A stretch of DNA of 64,000 nucleotides from an uncultured Actinomycetes bacterium (GTDB taxonomy: Bacteria; Actinomycetota; Thermoleophilia; Gaiellales; Gaiellaceae). Both the position numbers and the translations under genes were made by a program. The notes below the pieces were generated by a model, which searched no databases, was not told the origin of the DNA, and worked only from the letters and a program-made list of their open reading frames with translations. This document shows positions 52,019 through 61,173 of the stretch, in pieces (the stretch's first letter is position 1; each line of letters starts with the position of its first letter). The stretch covers positions 112,281-176,280 of the forward strand of contig CAVTTF010000013.1 of assembly GCA_963737565.1 (NCBI GenBank). The letters run 5' to 3'.

Positions 52019-52510
52019 AGGGGAGTGGCCGTCGCGTGGAGATGCGGACGTGGGCACTGAACGACCCGCAGATGCTCGCGCGGCCCGATCGATCGGTGTG
52101 GTCGCGACGCGGTCGGCTCGACGTGGGGCGCGATTCGGAGGTTCATCGAAGCGCCGTCGCCGAGCTCGGCGTCCGAGCCGCGTAGGGATCGACGCGACGG
52201 CGAGGCTAGCGGCCGCGCCCGGCAAGCCCGGGCGTGGAGCCTGTAGGCGGATATCACGCTCGTCGAGCGGCGTTCTCACGTGTCGCATCACCGCGCTCCA
52301 GACATGCACCACAAGCGCGCAGCTCACGAGCATGGTCGAGCCCGGAGCCGGACGCACAACGTCGTCGCGTACGAGACGGCCGTGCTCCGACGTCGCGGGC
52401 TAAGGCGCAGGACTACGAAAGCGCGCGCTTCCTCGACCGCTCGGACCACGTGACTGTCGGCCGTCAAGTCCCCGATCCCAGGATCGGTCATGTCCCGCTA
52501 TCGGCGAAGC

Positions 52511-52700
52511 AACGGCCTTCAGCGTCGTCCGTGGAACGGAGGTTCGGCGCAGGCGTCATGCCGGACCCGCCGAAGCCGTCGACCGAGAGCCGAAGGGCAC
52601 GCGGCAGGCCGCCACTCCGATCTCGTCGCGCCAGGGTGATTGCCGTCAGTCCCCGATCCGGAGTACGCCCGTATCGGCAGGCGCTGAAACTGGAGGCCGG
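52511..52700 (+). ncRNA. Candidate structured ncRNA (family unassigned; 6S/Ms1-like possible)
   Basis: Intergenic. GGCCTTCAG (52514) pairs with CTGGAGGCC (52690), enclosing several hairpins. Strand is inferred. Confidence 0.4.
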
Positions 52701-52734
52701 GCCTCGCGGAGAGCGATGCGGCTGTCCCGCACGT

Positions 52735-52770
52735 AAAAAGAAGCGGGGCCCGCCGCCAGGGCCCCGCTTC
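52735..52770 (-). terminator. Intrinsic terminator for a minus-strand transcript
   Basis: 12-bp stem GAAGCGGGGCCC/GGGCCCCGCTTC followed by a T-run on the minus strand. Confidence 0.75.
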
Positions 52771-52925
52771 AGCCCAGGTTCCCGTGGAGGAGGAACCGGA
52801 TCGTCCACCGCGCCGCGTCCGCCGCATCGTCGCGCGCGCTGGACTTGTGCGCTCAGTATCCACACGCAGGGCCGGTTGACCAATCACTCGGACGGAGTTG
52901 ACGAGCGTGCTTCACGTTTACGCCG

Positions 52926-52957
52926 GCACGGGGACAGTCCCGTCCGGGGACAGTCCC
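52926..52957. repeat. REP-like doublet GGGGACAGTCCC x2
   Basis: Copies at 52930 and 52946. Confidence 0.7.
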
Positions 52958-52978
52958 AGGTCCTCTAGGCTCAACGCG

Positions 52979-54784
52979 ATGAGCCGGTTCCTCGAGCGCC
53001 TGCAGTCGGGCCCGCCGATCGTCGGCGACGGCGGCATGGGCGCCCTGGTCTCGGCCGCCGTGCCCCGGCTGCGCTGCCCGGAGGAGGCGAACCTGCGCGC
53101 GCCCGAGGCCGTCGTCTCGCTCCACGTCGGCTTTATCAACGCCGGCGCGGAGCTGATCGAGACGAACACCTTCGGCGCCAACCGGCGCAAGCTGGCCGGT
53201 CACTTCCTCGAGGACGAGCTGGAGCGCGTCAACTCGACCGGGGTCAAGCTCGCCCGCGAGGCACGCGAGATCACAGGCCGTGACGTGTTCATCGCCGGGT
53301 CGATCGGCCCGATCGGCGAGGCCGCGACCTCGCGGGTCCGCCGGGAGCTCTTCGCGGAGCAGGCCGGTGTGCTCGAGGGGCGCGGAGCCGACCTCTTCAT
53401 GACGGAGACGTTCTACGACCTCGAGGAGCTCGTTGACGCGATCGAGGCGGTGCGGAGCGTGTCGAGCCTGCCGATCGTTGCGCTGCTGACCTTCGACGAG
53501 GACGCGGAAACGCTCGCCGGAGTCACGGCGGCGGAAGCGGCTGAGCGCCTGGCGCAGCTCGACGTGGCCGCGATGGGGGCGAACCACGGAGCCGGCCTCC
53601 TCGCGGCGCTCGCCGCGCTCGAGCAGATGGGGCGCGACAAGGGCGCCGCTTGCCGCGCTGCCGAACATCGGTCTCGCCAGCCTCGCCGGCGGCCGCGTCA
53701 TCTTTCCGCACGCGACGCCCGAGTACTTCGCCGAGTTCGCCGCGCACGCGCGTGACCTGGGCGCGCGGATCATCGGCGGCTGCTGCGGCACGACGCCGAC
53801 CGAGATCGCCGCGATCCGCGCCGCAGTCGAGGAGGAGCGGCAGCCGCACGCGCGGCTCGTCTTCGCCGAGCGGGAGCTCGTCGTCTCACTCGGCGAGGAG
53901 CGGAAGGAGACGGGCCTCGCGCGGGCGCTGCGCGAGGACGAGTGGGTCGTCTCGATCCAGCTCGACCCGCCGCTCGGCGGCTCGAACCGAGGTCTGATCG
54001 AGGTGGCGCAGGTTCTCGGAGCGACAGACGGGCGTCGGGCTTCGTCGACCTCAACGACAACCCCGCGGCGCGAGCGCGGATGAACGGACTGATGGCTGCG
54101 GTCGCGATCGAACGCGAAGCGGGGATCGAGACGATCCCCCATCTCACGCCTCGCGACATGACTCTCGCCGGTCTCGAGTCGGTGCTGCTCGGCGCGCACG
54201 CCGAGGGAGTGCGCAACGTGCTGGCCGTGACGGGCGACCCGCCGGAGGCCGGTGATTACCCGGGCGCGGGGGGCGTCTACCAGGTCGACTCGATCGGGCT
54301 GACGCAGCTCGTCTCGCAGCTGAACCGGGGCGAGGACGTGAACGGCCGCGCGATCGACGCGCCGACGTCGTTCTTCGTCGGGGTCGCGGTGAACCCCTCG
54401 GCTGACGACCTCGAGCTCGAGCTCGAGCGCTTCCACGCGAAGCTCGAGCAAGGTGCCCGTTTCGCGATGACGCAGGTGCTCTTCGACCTCGACTACCTCG
54501 ACCGCTTCCTGGAGCGGCTGGGCGGCACGTCGCCGATCCCGCTGCTTGTCGGCCTGTGGCCGCTGTGGAGCCACCAGCTTGCGCTTCGGGTGCACAACGA
54601 GGTGCCGGGGATCGTCGTTCCGGATCCGGTACAGCGGGCACTCGAGCAGGCCGGCGCGGGGGCGGCCGACGAGGGGATGCGGATCGCCCGCGAGCTCTAC
54701 GCACAGTGCCGCGATGTCGCTGCGGGCGTCTACGTCGTCGCGCCCTTCCGCAGGCCACTCGCGGCGCTCGGCATTCTCGAGTAG
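52979..54784 (+). CDS. Bifunctional homocysteine S-methyltransferase / methylenetetrahydrofolate reductase (YitJ-like; frameshifts ~53645 and ~54025)
   Basis: GDGGMG, ETNTFGA, GSIGP, IIGGCCGTTP; MTHFR half with HLTPRD, VTGDP, MTQ. Confidence 0.88.
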
Positions 54785-54800
54785 CCGGGCCGCGGCGCGC

Positions 54801-54833
54801 GCACGGGGACTGTCCCCGCAGGGGACTGTCCCC
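54801..54833. repeat. REP-like doublet GGGGACTGTCCCC x2
   Basis: Copies at 54805 and 54821, between convergent genes. Confidence 0.7.
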
Positions 54834-54838
54834 GCCGT

Positions 54839-55972
54839 TCAGCGGTCGACGCAGTCCGTCTCGAGCGCCGTGCTTCCCACCGAGGCCAGTGCGTCTCGGA
54901 CGAACGAGATCGGTACGCCGTACCCGCCCGACTTGTCGATCCGCTGGGCGTAGACGACGGTGCGCACGCGACCGGCCGTGTCCACGGCCGGCCCGCCGGA
55001 GTTGCCGGGATGGATCGAGCCGCGAACGGTGACGACGTCACGCCCGAACGCGACGCTGCCGTACGCGTCGCGGGCCAGCGTCATCACCGTTTGGCCGAGA
55101 CGCGCCGAGACGGCGGCGAACGGCCCGTTCTCGGGGTACCCGAGCAGCGCCACGGACACGCCACTCTTCGCCTCGGCCATTGGCAGCGGGCGGCCGCCGA
55201 GTCCCGGCACGCGCACGACGGCCAGGTCGTTGCTCCGGTCGAACGAGACGACATACCCGTCTCGGTACGCGCCGTCGTTGCGGTCGACGCGGAGGCCGTT
55301 CACTCCGGCCACGACGTGCGCGTTCGTGACGACGAGCCCTGGCCCGGCGATCCAGCCCGACCCTTCCACGCCCAGGCCGCACGCGTACCCGGTCACGCGA
55401 ACGACGCTCGCGCCGGCCGCAAGCACGTCCGGGTCCTGTGCGATCGCCGCGTCCGGCGGGCCGACGTTCGCCTGCGGACCTGCGATCGCCGTGAAGGGGT
55501 CAACTCGTGCGAGCGCGTCCATCAGCTTCTCGGGCGGCAGCTCGTCGTTGATCGCCGACAGGATTCGTGACTCCTGGGCATAGCGGCGCAGCTCGGTCTG
55601 GCCAGGTGCATAGAGGAGAACCGCCCCGAGGACCCAGCAAAGAACCAGGCCGGTGGCGATACCGAGCGCCAGGCCGCCGATCGAGTCGAGCGGGGCCAGG
55701 GGGCCGACGCGGATCGAGTCGCGCAGCGAGCGGGCGCCCCAGATGGCAATGGACTGGCCGAGCACTGCGCCGATGACCGCGCCGCCGAAGGTGACGAGCG
55801 GCGTGTAGCGGCTGTCGTAGCCGCCGAGCAGCTCGGGCGCGAGCTTGATCCCGACGTAGCCGCCGAGCAGAAGCCCGGCGAGCGAGGCGAGGCCGACGAC
55901 GAGCCCGCGCCGGAAGCCGCTCAGCGCGAGCACGCCGATGACGACGATCAGAACGACGTCGAGCAGGCTCAC
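54839..55972 (-). CDS. MarP-family membrane serine protease (CvpA-like TM region + trypsin domain)
   Basis: About 4 N-terminal TM segments; TNAHVV, DLAV and GNSGGP triad; Cys pair. Confidence 0.9.
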   Translation of the reverse strand: MSLLDVVLIVVIGVLALSGFRRGLVVGLASLAGLLLGGYVGIKLAPELLGGYDSRYTPLVTFGGAVIGAVLGQSIAIWGARSLRDSIRVGPLAPLDSIGGLALGIATGLVLCWVLGAVLLYAPGQTELRRYAQESRILSAINDELPPEKLMDALARVDPFTAIAGPQANVGPPDAAIAQDPDVLAAGASVVRVTGYACGLGVEGSGWIAGPGLVVTNAHVVAGVNGLRVDRNDGAYRDGYVVSFDRSNDLAVVRVPGLGGRPLPMAEAKSGVSVALLGYPENGPFAAVSARLGQTVMTLARDAYGSVAFGRDVVTVRGSIHPGNSGGPAVDTAGRVRTVVYAQRIDKSGGYGVPISFVRDALASVGSTALETDCVDR

Positions 55973-56053
55973 CGTCCCACTGTACGCCGCGCCGCTGGAA
56001 TCTCCCGCCTGGCGGTGGCCGCCGTCGGGGCGGCGCTACAATGCAGCGCCCGC

Positions 56054-56127
<74 letters not shown>

Positions 56128-56494
56128 GTTTCAAGAAGCAGCCGTTTAGCGGCTTTTTCGTGGATCTCAGCCCACGCGGAAAATCTCAAGCGCGGCGCTA
56201 TGGAACGTGAAATGGAACGCGTGCGCTGTAGCTCGTCCCAGAGAAACGCCAAGAACGCAAGACCCGCGAGCGAAGGGCAACGCGACGACAAGGATCCAGG
56301 CCACCAACTATTACTCGCTATGCGCAACCTATGTCGGCGGGCTCTCGGTGGAGCCTTCAGTTTCCTCCCCGCTCACTTGCCTCTGAAGCTCAGCAATCAG
56401 GCGATTGGCCGAGGCGTCAGGATGCTCGGAGAGAGGGTCACGCGCTTCCGTAACGCCATGACGTCGTGCTGCACCCCGTGGAGCCGGACACTGT

Positions 56495-57414
56495 TCAGGC
56501 GCAGACCTGCTCCTCGTAGGCGGTGAGCCGGGTGTCGTGATCCAGGACGTCGGGATGGGAGAAGGTGAACACCGCTCGATCCTCGGGCGTGCCGTCCAGC
56601 CAGATGCGGCGGATGTCGTAGTCGTACTCGGCCACGACGCTCGCTCCAGCTGCTGCGGAACCACTCGCTCACGGCCTCTTGGTCCGCGGCGATGTCGTCG
56701 GGTGCCGTCTCCTCCAGCGCATCGAGGCTCTCCGTAAAGCTGTCCGCGGTGAAGACCGACCGCATCACGCCCGGATCGAAACGCGAGGACGCGACCTTCT
56801 CGAAGCCGCGCTTGAAATCGCTCAGTGCCGCGCAATAGGACTGTGACGAGGTGTCCGCCTTGAAGGCGACGTTCGCCGCCGGCGGCGTTGCCACCCCGCA
56901 CACCCGGTCCTCGTAGGCATGGATCGCGTCCTGGGCCTTCTGAGCCTCAGGAGTTGGTTCCCCGAGAGCCTTCTCGGCGGCGGTTCCTTCCTTTGCGATC
57001 CGCTGGACGTCGAAGTCGTACTTCTCGAGCACCGGGGTCAGGACGGTTCGAATCGCGCGGTCGCTGACGATCCACTCGTCGCGGATCTCGGCCGGTGCCT
57101 GCTGGAGCGAGGCCTTGTTGAACTCGAGGTAGTCCTTCCAGTACGCCCGGAATGCGGCAGGGTTGGGCTGATCGTCGCCCGTACCGCCGTCGAGCTCGTG
57201 TACCTGCCAGGCCCTGTACGTGTCGCAGTAGGCGCTCTCTGTGCCGTCCACTGGCGCGAACGCGGCCTCGGCGCGGTCGGTGCCTCCGCAGCCGGCGGCT
57301 GCCACTCCTAGCCCCAAGCTGAGCAGGAGCGTTGCGGCGCCGAACAGAAGGCGTCGCGTCGAGGGTTGACGCCAATTCGGAACCTCTGTCGGCAGCAGGC
57401 TTTCTGGTGATCAC
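56495..57414 (-). CDS. Lipoprotein with an internally duplicated Cys-bounded helical domain (frameshifted)
   Basis: STRRLLFG...AAAGC lipobox; repeats YC...AP..I...YD(F/Y)D..RI...GT...AYE..VC. Confidence 0.75.
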
Positions 57415-57443
57415 GCCGGTGCCCCTTTCGCGACCCCTCTTCT

Positions 57444-57479
57444 GTGACATGTTACGTAACGTGTAACGTAACACGTCAC
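57444..57479. promoter_or_regulatory. TetR operator-like palindrome
   Basis: 36-bp imperfect palindrome GTGACATGTTACGTAACGTGTAACGTAACACGTCAC between the divergent genes. Confidence 0.75.
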
Positions 57480-57493
57480 GCTACGATTTCAAG

Positions 57494-58102
57494 GTGGGCC
57501 GGCCGCGAGTTCACGACGAGGAGACCCGGGCAACCCTTCGTGCGGTGGCAGAGCAGCTCGTCGCCGAAGGCGGAGCGCCCGCTTTCTCCGTGCGTGCCGT
57601 CGCGGAGAGGGCGGGCACCAGCACGAGAGCCGTTTACAGCCTGTTCGGGTCGAAGGAGGGGCTTCTCGTCGACGCGCTCGCGCAGGACGCGTACACCTTT
57701 CTCGCCGACGGAATGGACAACATGGCCGAGACCGACGATCCCGCCGCCGACCTGGTCGAGAACGGCGTGTCCGTCTACCGGCGTCTCGTACTCGAGCATC
57801 CAGCTCTGTATCGCATCGCCTTCCAGCGAATCGTGCCCGATTTTCGCGCCGGGCCTGAGCTCACCGAGGCGCGAGAACGCTCGCTCTCTCGGCTTCTGGC
57901 GAAGGTTCAGCGAGTTGCCGACGCCGGCCAGCTCGGCTCGATGTCTGTGCAAGACGGGGCGGTGGCGTTCAACGCCATGTGCGAGGGTCTCGCAAACTCC
58001 GAGCTGCGGGGCACGATCCTGCGCATCCTCCCTGCAGGCGAAGAGGAACGTGTCTGGCGCGACTCCCTCACGGCGCTGGTCCGAGGCTTCAACGTGAGCT
58101 AG
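57494..58102 (+). CDS. TetR family regulator
   Basis: MGRPR, FSVRAVAERAGTSTRAVYSLFGSKEGL; TACGAT-6nt-GTG. Confidence 0.92.
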   Translation: MGRPRVHDEETRATLRAVAEQLVAEGGAPAFSVRAVAERAGTSTRAVYSLFGSKEGLLVDALAQDAYTFLADGMDNMAETDDPAADLVENGVSVYRRLVLEHPALYRIAFQRIVPDFRAGPELTEARERSLSRLLAKVQRVADAGQLGSMSVQDGAVAFNAMCEGLANSELRGTILRILPAGEEERVWRDSLTALVRGFNVS

Positions 58103-58106
58103 GCCC

Positions 58107-58131
58107 CGCGGGCTCGAGTCCCGTCGCTCCC
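58107..58131 (+). mobile_element. Displaced 3' fragment of tRNA-Asp (att site)
   Basis: CGCGGGCTCGAGTCCCGTCGCTCCC matches 56102-56126 at 24/25. Confidence 0.85.
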
Positions 58132-58199
58132 CGTCAAATTCGCGTCCGCTTGATGTTGTCGTGGCCAGCCGGCCCGAACAATGGAAAGTCATCGGTGCG

Positions 58200-58230
58200 C
58201 GATGAGTTCGCGGCGAGCTCTGGGTCTACA
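58200..58230 (+). promoter_or_regulatory. SigG-type ECF promoter
   Basis: CGATGA-N18-GTCTACA ending 5 nt before ATG 58236. Confidence 0.75.
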
Positions 58231-58235
58231 CAGAC

Positions 58236-58785
58236 ATGTCCACCACCACGCAGACTGCGCTCGACGAGCTCGTGAAGGGCGTTCGGGCCGCGGTGAGCAG
58301 GCACGCCGACTGGCGCGAGACCGCCCGGCTCGTCGCTGACGAGCTCGAGCGGCACCTCCCGTCGCCGGACGTGCTCACGGCGGAGCAGCGGGTCGGAGAC
58401 CCCGACGGCTACCGGAGCCACGCTCCTGCACACGGAGCCCGACGGCTCGTTCTCGATCGTCGCGCTCGTCTGGCGCCCCGGTCAGATGACGCCCATCCAC
58501 GACCACGTCACCTGGTGCGTCTTCGGCGTGATCCAGGGGACGGAGTACGAGGAGCTGTTCACGCTCGACGAGGAGCGGGAGTGCCTCGTGGAGGCGGGGA
58601 GCTCCGCGAACAGGATCGGCGACGTGAGCGGGTTCGCGCCGCCGGGAGACATCCACCGCGTCCGCAACGCCGGCGACCGGACGGCGATCTCGATCCACGT
58701 GTACGGGACCGACGTCTCCAGGATCGGCACGAGCGCCCGCCGCTACTACGACCTCCCGGTCGTGCCCGCGCGCTCGGCGGCCTAG
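58236..58785 (+). CDS. Cysteine dioxygenase-family thiol dioxygenase (frameshift ~58420)
   Basis: LVWRPGQMTPIHDHVTW, GDIHRVRN, ISIHVYG. Confidence 0.85.
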
Positions 58786-59822
58786 AGCTCGGGAGGCAGC
58801 CCGAGGCGGGGGAAGATCTCGGGCGTGACGAACGCCGTGATCTCCTTGATGAGCGCGCCCTCGAGCGTGAAGACGTCGATCGCCAGCGGCAGGTGGCGGC
58901 CGGTGTCCGCGTCCTCGCCGTAGTACGCGACCGCCGGCTGGCCGTTCACGCGGGTCGGCAGCGTGCGGGCCTTGGCACAGATGTCTTTGGCCTCGGGGGC
59001 GAACCCGGCAATCGTGTCGCGCCCGCGCCACCACATCGACCACGGCGGCATCGAGAAGACCGCGTCCTCGGCGAGCAGCGCCTTGACGGCGTCGACGTCG
59101 CCTCGCGCCCAGGCGTCGACGTAGGCCTCGACGAGCTCGCGCACGCGCTCGTCGCCGAGCAGGCGCAGCGTCTCCTGCTGGCTCCGGTCGGGCAGCCGCT
59201 CCTCGACGGTCTTGCGGGCGCGCTGGAGCGCGCTGTTCACCGACGCGACGGTCGTGTCCAGCGACTCCGACACCTCGCGCGCGGAGAAGCCGAGCACCTC
59301 GCGGAGGATGAGCACGGCCCGCTGCGTCGCCGGCAAGAGCTGGAGCGCCGCGATGAACGCGAGCTCGACGGCCTCGCGCTGCTCGTAGCGCGCCTCGGGC
59401 GAGGCGTAGCCCTCCGCCGTCCCCAGCGCCTCGTCCGGGTACGGCTCGATCCAGACGGACTCGGCGAGCGGCGGCCCTGGCTCGTTCGCCGTGGGCGTCG
59501 CCATCGGGCCGTAGTCGACCGGGAGCACGCGCTTCGGCCGGCGCGCGATCGCGTCGAGGGACGCGTTGGTCGCGATCCGGTAGAGCCAGGTGCGCAGCGA
59601 GCTGCGGCCGCCGAAGTCGGGCAGCCCGCGCCACGCGCGAAGCAGTGTCTCCTGGAGCGCGTCCTCGGCGTCGTGCAGCGAGCCGAGCATCCGGTAGCAG
59701 TGCGCCTGGAGCTCGGCCCGGTGCTCCTCGACGATGCGCGCGAATGCGGTCTCGTCGCCGGCCCGAGCCGCGTCGAGCAGCTCCCGCTCCTGGGTCGAGG
59801 TCGAAACAGCAGCCATCCTCAT
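58782..59822 (-). CDS. ECF sigma factor with C-terminal SnoaL-like domain (SigG-like)
   Basis: HCYRMLGS..DAEDALQET, WLYRIATN, WIEPYPD, SVNSALQRAR, SMPP, NGQPA. Confidence 0.92.
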   Translation of the reverse strand: MRMAAVSTSTQERELLDAARAGDETAFARIVEEHRAELQAHCYRMLGSLHDAEDALQETLLRAWRGLPDFGGRSSLRTWLYRIATNASLDAIARRPKRVLPVDYGPMATPTANEPGPPLAESVWIEPYPDEALGTAEGYASPEARYEQREAVELAFIAALQLLPATQRAVLILREVLGFSAREVSESLDTTVASVNSALQRARKTVEERLPDRSQQETLRLLGDERVRELVEAYVDAWARGDVDAVKALLAEDAVFSMPPWSMWWRGRDTIAGFAPEAKDICAKARTLPTRVNGQPAVAYYGEDADTGRHLPLAIDVFTLEGALIKEITAFVTPEIFPRLGLPPEL

Positions 59823-59825
59823 CAG

Positions 59826-59893
59826 GGTAGACGCGCGCCGGCGCCGAAACTCATCGCTCGGCCGATGAGTTCGGCGAACTCCGCCGGTCGAAC
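59826..59893. promoter_or_regulatory. Back-to-back SigG-type promoters
   Basis: CGATGA-N18-GTCTACC on minus (59856-59826) and CGATGA-N18-GTCGAAC on plus (59863-59893). Confidence 0.75.
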
Positions 59894-59901
59894 GAAGCAG
59901 G

Positions 59902-60264
59902 ATGCGGCCGCATTCCCTCGATCCCGTCGTCCACCTGGAGCTCCACACCGGCAACCGCGCCCGCGCGTCGGACTTCTACACCCGGCTGTTCGGCTGGCAC
60001 GCGGAGACAGTCGAGGTGGGGCACTGCACCTACCTCTCGCTGAAGCTCGGCGACGGGATCGAGGGCGGCATCGTCGAGCACGACGGCGAGGGCTCCCTGT
60101 GGCTGCCCTACGTCGAGGTCGCCGACCTCGTGGAGGTGACCGAGCGGGCTCGTGGGCTCGGGGCGGCGGTGGTGCTCGAGCCGCGCGAGGGCCCGGTCGG
60201 CTGGCGGAGCATCCTCGCCGTCCCTTCCGGCGCCCGGATCGCGCTCTGGCAGCCGAAGGTCTAG
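59902..60264 (+). CDS. VOC/glyoxalase family protein
   Basis: VVHLELHT..FYTRLFGW, WLPYVEV, PSGARIALWQ. Confidence 0.88.
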   Translation: MRPHSLDPVVHLELHTGNRARASDFYTRLFGWHAETVEVGHCTYLSLKLGDGIEGGIVEHDGEGSLWLPYVEVADLVEVTERARGLGAAVVLEPREGPVGWRSILAVPSGARIALWQPKV

Positions 60265-60725
60265 CCCCTGAGCAGGCGCTTGGCGAAACGGGTGACCCTG
60301 AGGCCGGGCGCGACCTCGATGTCGTCGATCTCCTCGAAGCCCTCCCCGCGGTACAGCCGCCTGGCGGGCTCGTTCGCAGCGCCCGTCTGGACGATCGCCC
60401 GCTCTGCCTCGGGCTCGGCAGCGAGCGCGGCCCGGACGAGCGCCGTCCCGACCCCAGCTCTGTGGCGACTCGGGTCGACGACCAGCCGATGCAGGTCGAT
60501 CACTCCGTCCTCGACGCGCCAGGAGATCGCGCCGGCGAGGATCCCGTCGAGAAAAGCGCCGAGGAACGTCTCACCCGATGCCTGCAGCTCCTCGAGCGAT
60601 TCGTGGAGCGGCGGGATCTCGTCGGAGCCCAGGAGCGCCGCTTCGATCCGGTATGCGCGACGCTGCAGCTCGAGGACGGCCGAAGCGATCTCCCTACGGG
60701 CGATGTCGAGTTCCTCAAGGTGCAA
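60261..60725 (-). CDS. GNAT acetyltransferase
   Basis: RLVVDPSRHRAGVGTAL, NEPARRLYRGEGF. Confidence 0.85.
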   Translation of the reverse strand: MHLEELDIARREIASAVLELQRRAYRIEAALLGSDEIPPLHESLEELQASGETFLGAFLDGILAGAISWRVEDGVIDLHRLVVDPSRHRAGVGTALVRAALAAEPEAERAIVQTGAANEPARRLYRGEGFEEIDDIEVAPGLRVTRFAKRLLRG

Positions 60726-61078
60726 CGCCGCAAGGTACAACAGTCGCTGAACCGTGGATCGCGCCGGCGGTTCCGCCGGCCGCATCAGGACATTCCTGAG
60801 TGACTGGATCGCGAGCCTCTTCAGGGTCGATCGCAGGATGTGAACCCGACGGCTTTTTGGGCGGGGCGCGTCGCTGAGTCACGACTCCGTCCGAATCCGT
60901 GATCGTTTCTTGACGTCGGCGTGATCTGCGCCAGCGGGATCGGCTCGGGGCCGAGGGCCGCTCGGGACACGCCCCTTCGAGGTGTGTACGGGGGTGTGCA
61001 CTGCGGGAGCATCCGCGACACTCGCGGCACACCTGACCCGCATTGTCAAGCCAAACCGGCTTGGCTATGCGGCATCCG

Positions 61079-61099
61079 ATGGGCGCACCTGGATCGAAC
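61079..61099 (-). mobile_element. Degenerate tRNA 3' fragment (att core) next to the integrase relic
   Basis: Reverse complement GTTCGATCCAGGTGCGCCCA resembles a T-arm plus acceptor strand; no exact cognate tRNA in the window. Confidence 0.6.
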
Positions 61100-61173
61100 A
61101 TCGGCAATCGGCATTTTCTCGGCGGAGGTAGTGCCACCGGTAGCGCCACGACCTGAGCGCGTCCGCTCACGTT

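Noticed and set aside
52020-52403. Possible small gene after the SDR
   Set aside because: Only short coding-like patches in changing frames; it cannot be reconstructed reliably.
52450-52740. RNase P RNA, SAM riboswitch or cobalamin riboswitch upstream of the YitJ-like gene
   Set aside because: No GAGGAAAGTCC, no ATC...GAT/GCAACC SAM core and no B12 box. Kept only as an unassigned candidate RNA.
58236-60803. Very long ORFs such as the 855-aa ORF here, 27740..30196, 23201..25132 and 14769..16649
   Set aside because: These are Arg/Pro-rich shadow frames overlapping well-supported genes in high-GC DNA.
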